Shown here one piece after another: positions 1-13,397 of a stretch of DNA of 64,000 nt. A program made the position numbers and the translations under genes. Each line of letters opens with the position of its first letter. The stretch's first letter is position 1. Under the pieces are notes generated by a model. It saw nothing but the letters and a program-made list of their open reading frames with translations, was not told the origin of the DNA and did not search any database. Origin of the DNA: the human T2T-CHM13v2.0 reference genome, Homo sapiens; assembly GCF_009914755.1 (NCBI RefSeq), contig NC_060944.1, one strand, 5' to 3'.

Positions 1-297
<297 letters not shown>

Positions 298-309
298 TCA
301 GATCCTATG

Positions 310-703
310 TACTATGGTCTGAAGTGTCCTGCAACATTAATATGTTGAAACTTACTTGCCAATGTGACAATATTAAGAAGTAGGGCCTTTAAGAGGTGAT
401 TAAGTCGTAAGGGCAGAATTACTTATAGATGGGATTATGGCCTTTATCAAAGGGCTTGTGGGAGTGAGTTTGTTGCCTTGCATCCCTTCTGCCTGTGAGG
501 ACATGGTGTTCGTCTCCTCTGGAGGAAGCAGCATGCAAGGTGCCATCTTGGAAGCAGAGACTGGGCCCTCAGCAGACACTGAACCTGCTGGAGTCTTGAT
601 CTGGGACTTTCCAGCCTCCAGAACTGTGAGAAATAAATTTCTGTTGTTTATTTATTACCCATTTTTAGGTATTTTGTCATAGCAGCAAAAATGGACAGAA
701 TCA
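310..703 (+). mobile_element. MaLR solo LTR (MSTD/MSTC-like)
   Basis: Starts tactatggtctgaa, has ccagcctccagaactgtgagaaataaatttctgttg near the end; exact 5-bp TSD ctatg at 305-309 and 704-708. Confidence 0.85.
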
Positions 704-899
704 CTATGTTAGGACAGAGCCTTCAAGTTACAAAGGCACAGAAAATAGAGACCCATTTTACCACTTAAAGTAAATGTCAATGTCTTCCTCGAGGCTGTCA
801 TAATAATTAGAAGCTCCTACATCATAGCCCCTCCCCCAATCCTCACCAAATTGTCTACCACTTTCTCCATTGCCTACTCTGTGCCAGCCATGTGGATCT

Positions 900-1330
900 C
901 CTTGTGATGGTATCCATGCCACCTTCTCACTTCTTTGTAGTTATTGCTGAAAAGCCACCTTGTCAGTGTGGCTTTCTCTGGCCACGGTTTTTAAACTTAT
1001 GGGAGCTTCCTCCAGTTTAGCACTGACTAATCCCTTTCCCAGCTTTATTTTTCAACCAAAGCCTTTATCACAACCCAACATTCTAAATATTTCAGTTCAT
1101 GATTTATTCATTGTCTGTCTCTTCCATATTAGACTGGAAGTTTCATGAGGGCAGCCACTTAGTCTTATACGCCATTGCCTTTCCCATACCTACAACAGTA
1201 GGGGTGTGTAAATCACATTCTGTGAACCAAACAATGTGGTTCTCATCAGATCTCCTCCAGCCAGCCGGTCTGCCTGGGAGCTGGAGGTACAACAGTGTAG
1301 GTTCCTGATAAAAATGTTCAACAATGAATG
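900..1330 (+). mobile_element. L2 LINE 3' end, interrupted by an insert at 1200-1287
   Basis: ttgtctgtctcttccatattagactggaagtttcatgagggcag...cctacaacagt...aatgaatg resembles the L2 3' terminus. Confidence 0.65.
1201..1286 (+). repeat. 86-bp local duplicate of 2931-3016
   Basis: 80/86 identical by direct comparison; flanked by tacaacagt at 1191-1199 and 1288-1296. Confidence 0.92.
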
Positions 1331-1784
1331 CATAAGCATAGTATATACTAAAAGAGGCCCCAGATGCTAGGGGACTGCAAGTCACTCAGAGGCTGGGGTG
1401 TGGAATTTGAGTGTGGGACAGTGAAATATGAGGGTGGAATAGTATAGATTTTGGACTCAGATGGTGGACAAGAGAGAGCCATGGAAAGGTGAGTGAGTGA
1501 CCAGAAGGCAGAAGAGGGACAGGATTACCAGGAATGTTTTGCTGTTTTGCAAACCAAAGAGATGTTTAACTGTTAATCTCCATGAGTCTGAAAGTAGGGC
1601 CTTTCTAAAAAATGTTTAAAAATAATAAAAATACTGAAGAGTCTGCTTAGATAGAATTTGAATAAGCTCCAAAGGTTGCAATTTACTTTGGTTTTCCCCC
1701 AAAATACTGACTTAATTTCAAACAACTTCAGGCCTTAGAGAACTGATCAGAGAAGGTAAAATAATGAGGTGGCTCCAGGATGAA

Positions 1785-1990
1785 CAACATAGAGTCATCC
1801 CAATTGGATTCAAATTCCAGTTCTGCTGCTTGCTTGCCATGTAACCTTGGAACAATTACTTAACCTCTCTGAACGTTTTTTCTCATCTGCAAGGTGGAAT
1901 TAATTAGACCTACACTTCCAAGCTGTTTTGAGCATTAAATTAAAATTTTTTTTTGGTCACATGCCTCCTGTAATAGTAGGTACTGAATAT
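1785..1990 (+). mobile_element. MIR SINE
   Basis: MIR core ggattcaaattccagttctgc...gtaaccttggaacaattacttaacctctctgaa...tctcatctgcaa. Confidence 0.8.
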
Positions 1991-2251
1991 ATGGAAACTG
2001 GATTTATTAAAGCAATTATGTATTTTTATGAATGATTTCACAAATGAATGCATCTTATTTTTAACCAATGTGAAAGGTGAACTGAATTCTTACAAGCATA
2101 AATGCCTTAAAATAGAACATTATGGCTTTTTTTCTGTCTTTGATTTGGCTTCTTAAGCATATTGTGAAATGGAATATAAAATATACAATATATAATATAT
2201 ACAACAATATACACATACTTGTATTTTTTCTTAGCACCTCATAGGACTATT

Positions 2252-2494
2252 TTATTTTATTTTATTATTTATTTTTCAGTCAGAGCCTCACTCTGTTGCC
2301 CAGGCTGGAGTGCAGTGGCGTGGTATCAGCTCACTGCAACCTCCGCTTCCTGCCTGGCTAATTTTTGTATTTTTAGTAGAGAGGGGATTTCACCATATTG
2401 GCCAGACTGGTCTCAAACTCCTGGCCTCAAGTGATCTACCCGCCTTGGCCTCCCAAAGTGCTGGGATTATAGGCTTGAGCCACCGCGCCCAGCC
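2252..2494 (-). mobile_element. Alu (AluS/J) with an internal deletion in the right arm
   Basis: Antisense Alu jumping from cctccgcttcc to tgcctggctaattttt; TSD-like gactat(a)ttttatt on both sides. Confidence 0.9.
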
Positions 2495-2930
2495 AGACTA
2501 TATTTTATTATATTAGGTGTCAACATAGCACTCAGAGTGTATACAACCATCTCTACTTGTTGCATCTTATGTATTTCCCTAATATTGGCGTAAGTTGCTG
2601 CTTCAGTGGAAGTATGTTCTTGAGTTGTAGACCAAGGCTAAAAATCTCTTCCTCTTTTGAGGAGTCAGATAGACTCTGCTTTGAGACCATGGGAACAGTA
2701 CTTCATCATTTCTTGAATCCTGTGAGTACTATGGATTACACTTTATTTAATATATACAGTATGTAAATAAGTTTCAGAGGCATAAAAGCTTCAAAACTAA
2801 ACGAAAAGGAAAATTTAATAACCGGCAGATTTTTAGATTGTGCACTAAATAATCTGTTTTTCATTCTAAGAAAGGGGAGGAGGAAGGCAGAGTTTAATAG
2901 ACGTATATAACAAATTAAAATTCAGTATCT

Positions 2931-3016
2931 GGGGGGTGTAAATCACATTCCATGAACCAAACAATGTGGTTCTCATCAGATCTTCTCCAGCCAGCCACTC
3001 TGCCTGGGAGCTGGAG
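2931..3016 (+). repeat. Probable donor copy of the 1201-1286 duplicate
   Basis: gggggtgtaaatcacattc...tgcctgggagctggag, 93% identical to 1201-1286. Confidence 0.92.
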
Positions 3017-3276
3017 CATAATTCAACCAACTGTAAAACAGGAAGATACTCTTGATAAAGGGCAGAAGACAGCACACAGTCCATGGCTCTTTGCCAAGTT
3101 CTGTGCAGCCCAGCTATCTATATAATAACATGTCTGTAAAATGATGTGTTTAGAATTATCCTTCTAGGCCTGGGATAGAAGAAGAGAAAGCTATAAAGGG
3201 AAAAAGAAATTTGTGCAACTGTGGCTATCTTGGGGTCTAAGAGAGAGAACTGGAACTAGGGTGTTAGAGAGTAGAG

Positions 3277-3476
3277 ATTCAACTGCGGGCAATTTGGCCC
3301 CCAGGGGACGTATGACATAAGACAATGTCTGCAGACTTTTGGTTGTTCCAATGGGTGGGTGTTACTGGCATCTAGTGGGTAGAGGCCAGGGATGCTGCTA
3401 AACATCCTATAGTGCACATGACAGCCCCCGCGGCAAAGAATTATCTAGCCCCAAATGCCAAGACCAAGAAGCCGTC
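3277..3476. mobile_element. MER20 (hAT-Charlie) DNA transposon
   Basis: actggcatctagtgggtagaggccagggatgctgctaaacatcctatagtgcac; 8-bp TSD gagtagag at 3269-3276 and 3477-3484. Confidence 0.88.
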
Positions 3477-3709
3477 GAGTAGAGGGTTCAACTCTCACTG
3501 TTGGCAGGTTTGACTGTGATTCCCATGACTTAGTCATCTAAAGTCTTTGGAATTATACACAAGTGTTTTTGTTAGAAGGCCCAAAGTTCCAATATCATTC
3601 TAGCATTGTCTTTCTCAGGAGATGATGCAATGGATGTGAATGCATTGTGTCCTCATCTGTTTTGTCTTCTTTTTTTTTGGTGAGAGGCCACTGAATTGAC
3701 ATGGGTCTC

Positions 3710-4052
3710 TGTATTTGTCCATTTTAACACTGCTGATAAAGACATACCTGAGACTGGGCAATTTACAAAAGAAAGACTTTTAATGGACTCACAGTTCCAC
3801 ATGGCTGTGAAGGCCTCGCAATCATGGCAGAGGGTGAAAGGCATGTCTCACAAGGCACAGACAAGAGAAGAGAGCTTGTGAAGGGAAACTCACCTTTTTA
3901 CAACGATTGGATTTCATGAGACTTACTCACTGTCACGAGAACAGCACAGGAAAGACCTGCCCCCATGATTTAGTTACCTCCCACCAGGTCCTGCCCACAA
4001 CACGTGGGAATTCAAGATGAGATTTGGGTGGGGACACAGCCAAACAATATCA
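3710..4052 (-). mobile_element. THE1 solo LTR (THE1B-like MaLR)
   Basis: tgctgataaagacatacctgagactggg...gagatttgggtggggacacagccaaacaatatca; 5-bp TSD gtctc/gtttc. Confidence 0.92.
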
Positions 4053-5348
4053 GTTTCTGAGCACTTGGTTTTGATCTGGCATGGTGAACAAAAGGGCATC
4101 AGTGTTAGAAAGCTGTCCTGTGTCCTGAGAGAGAGAAATAAATGGGCTTTCTTTCATGTGGATAAGAATTTATGTCTTAGTGAAGATGGCCTGTGAAATG
4201 GCCCTGGATTAAACACAAGCCTAAATCACAGTGTTCCATTATTTCCTAAAAGTGTCTCCACTGTAAGTTTGAGGAGAAGTGGTAGGAAAGTGGACAGGGT
4301 TTTCATTGCCTCTGTCTGTGCCACACCCGGTTAGTGGTTAAATGGAAGATTTCAGTCTCCAGAACTGTCAATCCATGACTTTATAATGGCATCAAATTTG
4401 TTTTAAAAAATTCATGCTGTGGGCTTTGAGGACATAATTGTAGCTCCTGAAAAGTTTGTTAAAGATTGCATTAGATAGATTCTTTTTAATGGACGGTCTG
4501 TATGCTTGGCCATTTATACTTCATAATAGTATATTTGGAGGATAAAAAAAGTATGTGAGTTAGAGGTTTTTCAGCAAATTTCACTACTATTGCTGTCCTT
4601 GTCCAAATGTCTTTGAAAATTTTATGGGAGAAAGAATTTTGTCCTTATTATGCTTGACTGAATAATTTGTTAAATTATGTTTTAAATCAGCATTTCCTCA
4701 AATTGAGAACAACTAATGCTAAAGTATATCATGGATTATTTTACATGCAATTTGCATAAAAGTTTTAAAAAGTCACTGCTTCAGTAGTACCAGAGGGCTG
4801 TCTAGAAAGATTGCACAAAACCAATGTCTAAGATGGATATTGTTGGTGTTCAGACCTTCTGTTATCTAATTATAAAAAAGCATAACATAGCCACCCAATT
4901 GAGTGCGCTCATAATCAAACATAACCATTTGAAGTAAAGTGGAAGCTTAATGTGAAACTGCTGATACAGCATTTTTAATTAAAGCTCCTTTGTATTTTGA
5001 GAGTAAAATTCTAAATTTCAGTATTTTGATGTTTTCTAAATGGTTCCCTCAAAATGCAGGAAGCAGCTCAGGGAGCTTCAGGGTTCAGGATGGCAGGGGC
5101 TGCTGTGGGGTTGGATGTCCAGGACCCAGGCCAGCTCTGCTCCCCAGCCCTCCAGCCCAAGCTTCATCCAAAACAGCTCCAGGGAATCTGTTTTATTTAT
5201 TGGACTCCTGCACAAGGTTTTTTGTGAAGACAGGAATCTATGGCTTTAAAAAGTTGGAAATCGATTGGAATAGTGGATAGAGATTCCAGGAGGAAGAGCT
5301 ATTTTTTAAATGTATGTAAGATAATGCAAGAGACCCATACTTAAAAGC

Positions 5349-5375
5349 AAAAAAAAAAAAAAAAAAAAAAAAAAA
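5349..5375 (+). repeat. Poly(A) tract (27 nt)
   Basis: Pure A run just upstream of an Alu. Confidence 0.9.
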
Positions 5376-5382
5376 GATTTTA

Positions 5383-5713
<331 letters not shown>

Positions 5714-5714
5714 T

Positions 5715-5860
5715 TATGACACCTATTGTAGAGATAAAGAAAGTGGGACTTAAAGAGCTAAATATCTCATAGACACATACATAAATGGACTAATTGTGAA
5801 GTGATCCCAAACCTATTTGAGAGCAAAGCTACCCTGACAACAATTCCAGTATACTGTCTT
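5715..5860 (-). mobile_element. Degraded MIR
   Basis: cctattgtagagataaagaaagtgggacttaaagag resembles the antisense MIR core. Confidence 0.45.
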
Positions 5861-6482
5861 CCAAGGACAGTAATTGCGGTGAGGCTAAGGGTAGAAACAG
5901 CCAAACTAAAATAGGAATAATGGTTTTTCATGGGTGATGCATCTCAAATATGTGCTCAGAACAAAAGACAGAGTGTAAGAGTAGGGATAATTTAAATAAT
6001 GTGACACATTCCACCAATACACGACCAGATGAGCACACACCCAGAATGTGAGATGGAAGACAGGAATCTCCTGTTTATTTGAGGATTAAGGGAGAGGCTC
6101 TATTTTTCTCTTGGTATGAGCAATCCTGCATTACATTGGTTAAAGATGCCTGTCTGTGGCTCAGATAATGAAACAGTAATTGATTTCAATGCAGGAGGTA
6201 GAACTGGCTGTTCTGCACTTACTTGTTAAAAGCTGATAAAGGACGGAAATCTTTGGGATATTTGAGAAATTCTCAGGAGGTGTAACTAAAAAAAAAATTG
6301 AAGTTTTATTATAAGCAACTTTCATCTTACATATTAACTTTACTAACATATATCTAAGAGGTGATTTTGTTGTATAGTGACTTGTTTCTTGCCTCATAAC
6401 ATTCAGAGGATTAAAATTGATGAAAAACACAAAAAAAGTAACAAGGAAAATTGATTTATAATTATTTATTTATTTATTTTTT

Positions 6483-6850
6483 AAAGTGAACATGTAGAAA
6501 CAGAATAAAATGGTGGTTATCAGGGTCGGGTGTGGGGAATGGGGGTGGGAATGAGATCAAAAAGTACAAAATTGCATTTATATAGGGTAAGCTGTAGATT
6601 TAATATATAATGTGAGGACCATCATTAGTTATGTTGTATTGCATATCGATAATTTTCCAAGAGAGTAGATTTTAGGTACTCTTACCACACACACACACAA
6701 ACAAAACAGAAAGATAACTATATAAGATGATGGGTATGTTAGTTTGCTTGACTGTAGTAATCACTTCACTTTGGATATGTATATCAAGATAAGCATATCA
6801 AAACTTCATGTGGTATACCTTAAATATAGACAATGAAATCATAAATAAAT
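6483..6850 (+). mobile_element. L1 3' UTR fragment (L1MA8/L1MA9-like)
   Basis: gagagtagattttaggtactcttaccacac...gtatgttagtttgcttgactgtagtaatcacttcac...taccttaaatata. Confidence 0.8.
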
Positions 6851-6881
6851 GCATAAATTGACCATTTGATGAAGAATAAAA

Positions 6882-6953
6882 TTGTAGACAGAATAATGGC
6901 TCCTGCCAAATATGTCCATGTCCAGTCCCCAGAACCTGTGAATATGTTACGTA
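6882..6953 (+). mobile_element. MLT1C/D LTR 5' fragment
   Basis: tgtagacagaataatggctcc...atgtccatgtccagtccccagaacctgtgaatatgttac. Confidence 0.7.
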
Positions 6954-7639
6954 AACATTGATTTCTGTCTTCCTAACACAGTAGCGCTTCCTCACCAAGC
7001 CTCTGCAGTAGTTTTTCCCTCTGACCAGAATGTGTTTCCCTCAGCTCTTCGCAGAGTCAGCTCTTTCTCACTCTTCATATTTCAGGCAAAATATTACCCT
7101 TTAAAAGATACTGTCTACAACGAATCACATTCATTTTCTCTAACTACATCAAGAATAGCAGTTCCGTAGCCCTCTGCCAGTGCAGCCATTCAACTTTAAC
7201 CTGAAGGAAAGATGAATCTCTTGAAGTTTAACTACTTAGCATGGGTAAGGAGCATGGGTATCTATCTGTATATGGTTCTTAGACTTCATGCCAGCCATCA
7301 GTCAATGTCATATGACATGCCTGCCTTATAAGAAGATGTAACAATAGATAATGCAACTAACCAAATACAAGATTCCTTTTTTCTCCCGAAATTACTTTGG
7401 TGGGGGTTGAGTGGAACAGGAAGGGCCTCTTGCACTACAGGGCACACTCTCACCTCCTTACACCGCTTTCCTGTTTGAAGTAAAGTCACTGTCCAAAATA
7501 ATTTCAACCTTTTTCTGCCCAAGCATATTCTATCAGATCATTCTGCCTAATTTCCTTCAGAGCATTGATCATTGTCTGGAATTATCTTGTTTATGTATCT
7601 GTTTCCTTTTTTTAACTTGCTATTCAAAAGCTATATGGT

Positions 7640-7762
7640 AGAAGGAGGGAAGGCAAGAAGGAAGAGAGGAAGAAAGGAAGAGAAGGAAAGAAGGAAAAAT
7701 TGAAGGAAGCAAAGAAGGAAGAAGAAAGGGAGGGTCATAGGGAAGAAGGGAGAGAAAGGGGA
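7640..7762 (+). repeat. GA-rich low-complexity tract
   Basis: Degenerate (GGAA/GAA)n. Confidence 0.8.
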
Positions 7763-7791
7763 ATTATAAAGTGTGTGTAGGTTCTGGTTAA

Positions 7792-8183
<392 letters not shown>

Positions 8184-8388
8184 AGGTTAGATTTTAAATT
8201 AACTAATAAAGTGTAAATTAGAGATAGTTAATATTATCATTGAAGAATGCTTATGTCACTGTAAAATAGTGTACTCATGGTTTTATGTATACAATTATAC
8301 AGTGCAAGTATTTGTAAATGTATAATAATGTATCTATAATATGCACTCTATAAAATAGTACATATGCAAAATATAATTTTATAGTATA

Positions 8389-8722
8389 TAGTCATGTGCA
8401 ACATAATGACGCTTTGGTGAGTGTGGGACCACATACGTAATGACAGTTCTATAAGATTATAAAATTGTAGTTTTACTGTACTTTTCCTATGTTTAGATAC
8501 ACAAATACTTACCATTGTGTTATAGTGCCTAAGGTATTGAGTATAGTGACATGCTATATAGGTCTGTAGTCTAGAAAGCCATAGGCTATACCATATAGTT
8601 AAGGTGTGTAGTAGGCTATGCCATCCAGGTTTGTGTAAGTCATCCTATAATGTCCACACAATGCCATCACCTAACGATGCATTTCTTAGAATATATCCCC
8701 ATCATTAAGTGGCACATAACTG
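8389..8722. mobile_element. Tigger3a/MER7A DNA transposon
   Basis: Termini tagtcatgtgcaacataatgac and cattaagtggcacataactg; internal gtgtagtaggctatgccatccaggtttgtgtaagt. Confidence 0.85.
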
Positions 8723-8902
8723 CATTAGATATACCATTAAGTCACTATATTCATTTCTTGCTCTTTTTAAATTTTTTTGCCCTGTTCACATGGTTGAATT
8801 CACATATGAGGCAACTTCAATTTTTCTACCTCATGGAGCTGTTGTGAGCAACAGATGACATTGTGTCTAACTGGAAAATTACTAAATCTATATATGATAG
8901 AG

Positions 8903-9047
8903 GAGATGATGACAATGAAGGAGAATATTGATACTGATGACGAAAATGATAATGAAGATAATAATAATAAATGATGGTGATAAAGATGATGAAAATGATG
9001 AAGATGGTGAAGCTGACCAGAATGATGATGATGAAAATGATAATGAT
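8903..9047 (+). repeat. Degenerate (GAT/AAT)n trinucleotide tract
   Basis: gatgatgacaatgaag...gatgatgatgaaaatgataatgat. Confidence 0.85.
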
Positions 9048-9734
9048 TTGAAGACTTCAACCTCATTCAGCTTCCTCAGACTAGTATTTATTATTGTAAG
9101 GTTTTCCATGCTGACAAAGAGGAGGAAAATTCCAATCATAAGACAATATTCTTTCTATTAATCAACAAAATTAAAATAACATTATTTTATAATATTATTA
9201 TATACAAGTATAGGTTATGATACTTAAAACATAGAAACTGCAACTCCATCTTTGATTTAATTCCATTTGAGCGTGTCAAGCCTAATATACTCTAATCAGA
9301 ACCTCCTGACTTTGATAGGGTTAAGCCTTAAACATATATACCAAAGTGCTTTTGTCTGCATTGATGTGAAAGATCAGTTAGAACAACATTATTTTGTAGT
9401 TATAAGACTTCAAACCACAGTGAACTTTAGCTCCCTGAATGACTCTTCAGATGTTTAATATCGTTCTAAAAATGTACAAATGTAAGAGCAGAGAGCAGAT
9501 TAGTGGCTGGGAGGAGAAAATATCCCTGATCAAGGATGAATGATGGGCTCTTTGTATAAAGTTGCACCAGGTCTTTCCTTTCCTCAGAAAACAAATTGCG
9601 TGGTTGGTGATTTGGGCCATATCTTCAGATCATAAACGTTTTTCTGCAACAATACAAAATATGCATTGTTACAGTCAGATGAGATTTTTAAAAAAGAGTT
9701 GACAAAATACTTTAAAAATAACCTATTTAAGTAT

Positions 9735-10320
9735 AACTTTTTATTATGGAAATTATCAAACACATACTAAAGTAAAAAGAAAAGTATAACAATTCCCCTT
9801 GTACCTCATCATCTAGCCTCAACATGTTGCCACTTTTATTTCATCTTTGACTCACTAATCCGCCCACTCCCCATCTTGTTTTTCCTGGTATATTTTAAAG
9901 AATATCCCAGACAGGCTGGGTGCAGTGGCTCACGCCTGTAATCCCAAGCACTTTGGGAGACCGAGGTGGGCGGATTGCCTGAGGTCAGGAGTTCGAGACC
10001 AGCGTGGCCAACATGGTGAACCCCGTCTCCACTAAAAGTACAAAAATTAGCTGGGCGTGGTGGCGGGTGCCTGTAATCTCAGCTACTTGGGAGGCTGAGG
10101 CAGAGAATCGCTTGAACCCGGGAGGAGGCAGAGGTTGCCGTGAGCCAAGATCACACCATTGTACTCCAGCCTGGGTGACAAGAGTGAAACTCCATCTCAA
10201 AAAAAAATCCCAGACAGTGTATGATTTCACTGTAAGTTATTCAATATATATCTTTATAGAGTAAGACTTTAAAACAATGTAGCTCTATATTAAGGATAAT
10301 TTCTTAATATCTTAATTCTT
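9735..10320 (-). mobile_element. Old L1 3' fragment (L1MC/L1ME class), split by an Alu
   Basis: ttttattatggaaattatcaaacacatactaaagt...ttttaaagaatatcccagaca continues past the Alu as tgtatgatttcactgtaag. Confidence 0.6.
9914..10203 (+). mobile_element. Alu (AluSq-like)
   Basis: gacaagagtgaaactcc diagnostic; TSD aa(t/a)atcccagaca at 9901-9913 and 10204-10216. Confidence 0.95.
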
Positions 10321-10528
10321 AAGAAATTAAGAAGGATTTCTTAATAATATAAAAAACAATTATAAAACTCTTTTAAATAATAGCAGTGCTGAAAACTATC
10401 AGAACACCTTGCCTTAGGCACAAATCTGTTCTTACTAGCTCTGGCATTGGTGGTTCAGCTTGAGCATCCTATTGCACCCTGAGTTTGGCAACATGTGTTG
10501 GAGTTATTATATTACTAATGGTATAGAT

Positions 10529-10747
10529 CAGGCTTGGCAAACTTCTCTGTAAAGGGCCAGATAATAAATATTTTCAGCTTTGCTGCCCATAAGGTCTCTG
10601 TCATGACTACTCAACTTTGGTGTTGCAGTGCAAAAGCAGGCACAGATAATATATTAAATGGGCGTGACTGTGTGCCAATAAAACTTTAATTATAATGAGA
10701 AGAAGAGGGCTGGATTTGGTCCTTGGGCCAGAATTTGCTGACCCAGG
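10529..10747. mobile_element. MER58A (hAT-Charlie)
   Basis: ggcaaacttctctgtaaagggccagataataaatatttt...gggccagaatttgctgaccc. Confidence 0.88.
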
Positions 10748-11224
10748 CTCTGAATAAGGTAATCCAATTCCTTCCCAAAGGGGGTTGGCAGACCCTGGGG
10801 CCATCATTACCTTGGAGAGTTGAGTATGTTGCGATTGAAAAGCAAAGCATTAGGATTCAGAATACCCAAATTCCACATCTCTCTAGCATTTGGAAACTCT
10901 TGAATAGGCCACTTGCTTTTTGGTTCATGGTTTCACATTTATTAGATGAAGATAGAGGCACCTACCCTTCTTGCTTAACCAGGTTTTTGCAGACCCAGAA
11001 GCCCATGGTTATGGAAGTGTTTACTGAGCCATAGTTGGCTGCTGCAATACGAGGCATTCATTATCCACCATACATTGTAAGTCTGGGTGGTTCCCAGGTA
11101 ATGATTCTTAATTATATTTTTATCCCTCTTTTGCCATTTTTTGGGGGTTCCAGATGTAACAATAAAAAGCAAACTTAAATTCACTGACCACTTCTACATA
11201 TATGACAGGGACAGTAGGACCAGG

Positions 11225-11710
11225 GAGTTTTATATGCATAATTTGATTAGTCAGGTATTATTACCTTGCTTTTTAAAGGTGAAGACACTGAGACTGAAAA
11301 CAAGTAATGGCCTAATCCCTGTTTTCTTTTTCTTCTTGAGACGGAGTCTCGCTCTGTCACCGAGGCTGGAGTGCAGTGACACCGTGTTGGCTCACTGCAA
11401 CCTCCGTCTCCTGGGTTCAAGCAATTCTCCTGCCTCAGCCTCCTGAGTAGCTGGGATTACAGGCTCCCACCACCACGCCTGGCTAAGTTTTTTTTTTTTT
11501 TTTAATATTTTTAGTAGAGACGGGGTTTCACCATGTTGGCCAGGCTGGTCTTGATCTCCTGACCTCAGGTGATCCACTCGCCTCGGCCTCCCAAAGTGCT
11601 AGGATTACAGGCATGAGCCACCCCGCCCAGCTGGCCTAACCTCTGTTGAGAGTGAGTGTCAGGGTCAGGATTTGAACCCATCTTTATCTGAGTCCAAAGC
11701 TCTTGAACTG
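11225..11710 (-). mobile_element. MIR split by an Alu
   Basis: aggtgaagacactgagactg before and tcaggatttgaacccatc...tccaaagctc after the Alu. Confidence 0.6.
11322..11631 (-). mobile_element. Alu (AluSx-like)
   Basis: Antisense dimer; TSD tggcctaa..ctgtt at 11308-11323 and 11632-11647. Confidence 0.95.
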
Positions 11711-11859
11711 TATGTATGTCTAGTGACATTGAGGGTGGACAGTCACCTTTCTCTATTTTGCCACATTACCAACTAACCCTTTAGTAGTTTTCATAGTGCT
11801 TTCCACCAACATTAGCTCATTTAATCTTCACAGCAGTGAAGCTATGCAACTCACTCAAG

Positions 11860-12118
11860 TCATCAACCTGAAGAACCCCCACTTATTCTCAAGGACCATG
11901 CTGAGCTGTCACTTATTAAATCACCTAGACTGAGTCGGGTTCCTGTGTCAGATGCTTTTACTGTCACACCTTGTATTTGCTTTGTGATGCACACTTCATT
12001 ACTGTGACTTAAGTGTCATCCTACAGAAAACTTCATGAGAGCAGAAACTATGTTGTTCTTGCTTGCCACTCTATTACCACCCCTGGCCCAACAGTAAATA
12101 TCTGTTGAATAAGTGAGT
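11860..12118 (+). mobile_element. L2 3' fragment
   Basis: aacttcatgagagcagaaactatgttgttcttg...gtaaatatctgttgaataagtga. Confidence 0.55.
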
Positions 12119-12619
12119 TTCTAAAAGTCACGGGGTGGAAGCTGGATGATTCTGAGTGGTTTGCAACATAATAGTATTTATCGCACTGTAAGTTGAGCTG
12201 GTCATGTGAACCATCCAGCAGGAAGCTTGTTAGGAATTCCAAGTCAGTGACTCTATGTCTGGGAGTGCTAGAAGTGATAGACATCCGGTCTATCACCAGC
12301 TTCTCAGATAGGCAAGTCATTCTTCTTGCATAGAGAAACCTGGAGGCATCAGAGGTCGGGTGGTGCTCAGGTTACAGTACTTTGGCGCAGGTACGGGAGA
12401 GGTGGTCCCTCTTCTGTTTGGAAATGTGAAGCGCGTGTGTGTGTGCACGTGAACGTGGTGGACAAAGGCTACTTCCTCATACTATACATGAAAGGGCCAT
12501 AGGAAGATAATCAAAAAGGAAAAGAAAGGTAAGAGTTGTTGCAAAATGAATTGTCTTCAGAGGCTAAATGGGTAACATACATTTGGGGGAGGGCTGAATA
12601 TAAGAAAGAGAATATTGAT

Positions 12620-13397
12620 GCAAACCACAGTGAAACACCATCTCATGCCAGTTAGAATGGAAATTAAAAAGTCAGGAAACAATTAAAAAGTCAGGAAACA
12701 ACAGATGTTGGGAAGGATGTGGAGAAATAGGAATGCTTTTATATTGTTGGTGGGAGTGTAAATTAGTTCAACCATTGTGGAAGACAGTGTGGTGATTCCT
12801 CAAGGATCTAGAACCAGAAATACCATTTGACCCAGCAATCCCACTACTGGGCATATACCCAAAGGATTATAAATCATTCTACTATAAAGACACATGCACA
12901 TGTATGTTTATTGCAGAACTGTTCACAATAGCAAAGACTTGGAACCAACCCAAATGCCCATCAATGATAGACTGGATAAAGAAATGTGGCACATATACAA
13001 CATGGAATACTATGCAGCCATAAAAAGGATGAGTTCATGTCCTTTGCAGGGACATGGATGAAGCTGGAAACCATCATTCTCAGCAAACTAACACAGATAC
13101 AGAAAACCAAACACCACATGTTCTCACTCATAAGTGGGGGTTGAACAATGAGAACACATGGACACAGGGAGGGGAACATCACACACTGGGGCCTGTCGGC
13201 GGGTGGGGGGCTGGGGTAGGGATAGCATTAGGAGAAATACTTAATGTGGATGACACGTTGATGGGTGCAGCAAACCACCATGGCATGTGTGTATACCTAT
13301 GTAACAAACCTGCATGTTCTGCACATGTATCCCAGAACTTAAGGTATAATAAATAAGTAAATAAATATATAAATAAATAAAAATTAGAAAAAGAAAA
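12620..13397 (+). mobile_element. 5'-truncated L1PA (L1PA7/8-like), end of ORF2 plus 3' UTR
   Basis: gaaataccatttgacccagcaatccc...ggagaaatacttaatgtggatgac...cccagaacttaaggtataataaa and A-rich tail. Confidence 0.95.

Noticed and set aside
3269-3493. 16-17 bp direct repeat gagtagag..ttcaact flanking MER20
   Set aside because: Explained by the 8-bp hAT TSD plus chance similarity between the decayed left end and the right flank.
8800-9161. His-rich, Ser-rich and Asp-rich ORFs
   Set aside because: Different frames of the degenerate (GAT)n tract.
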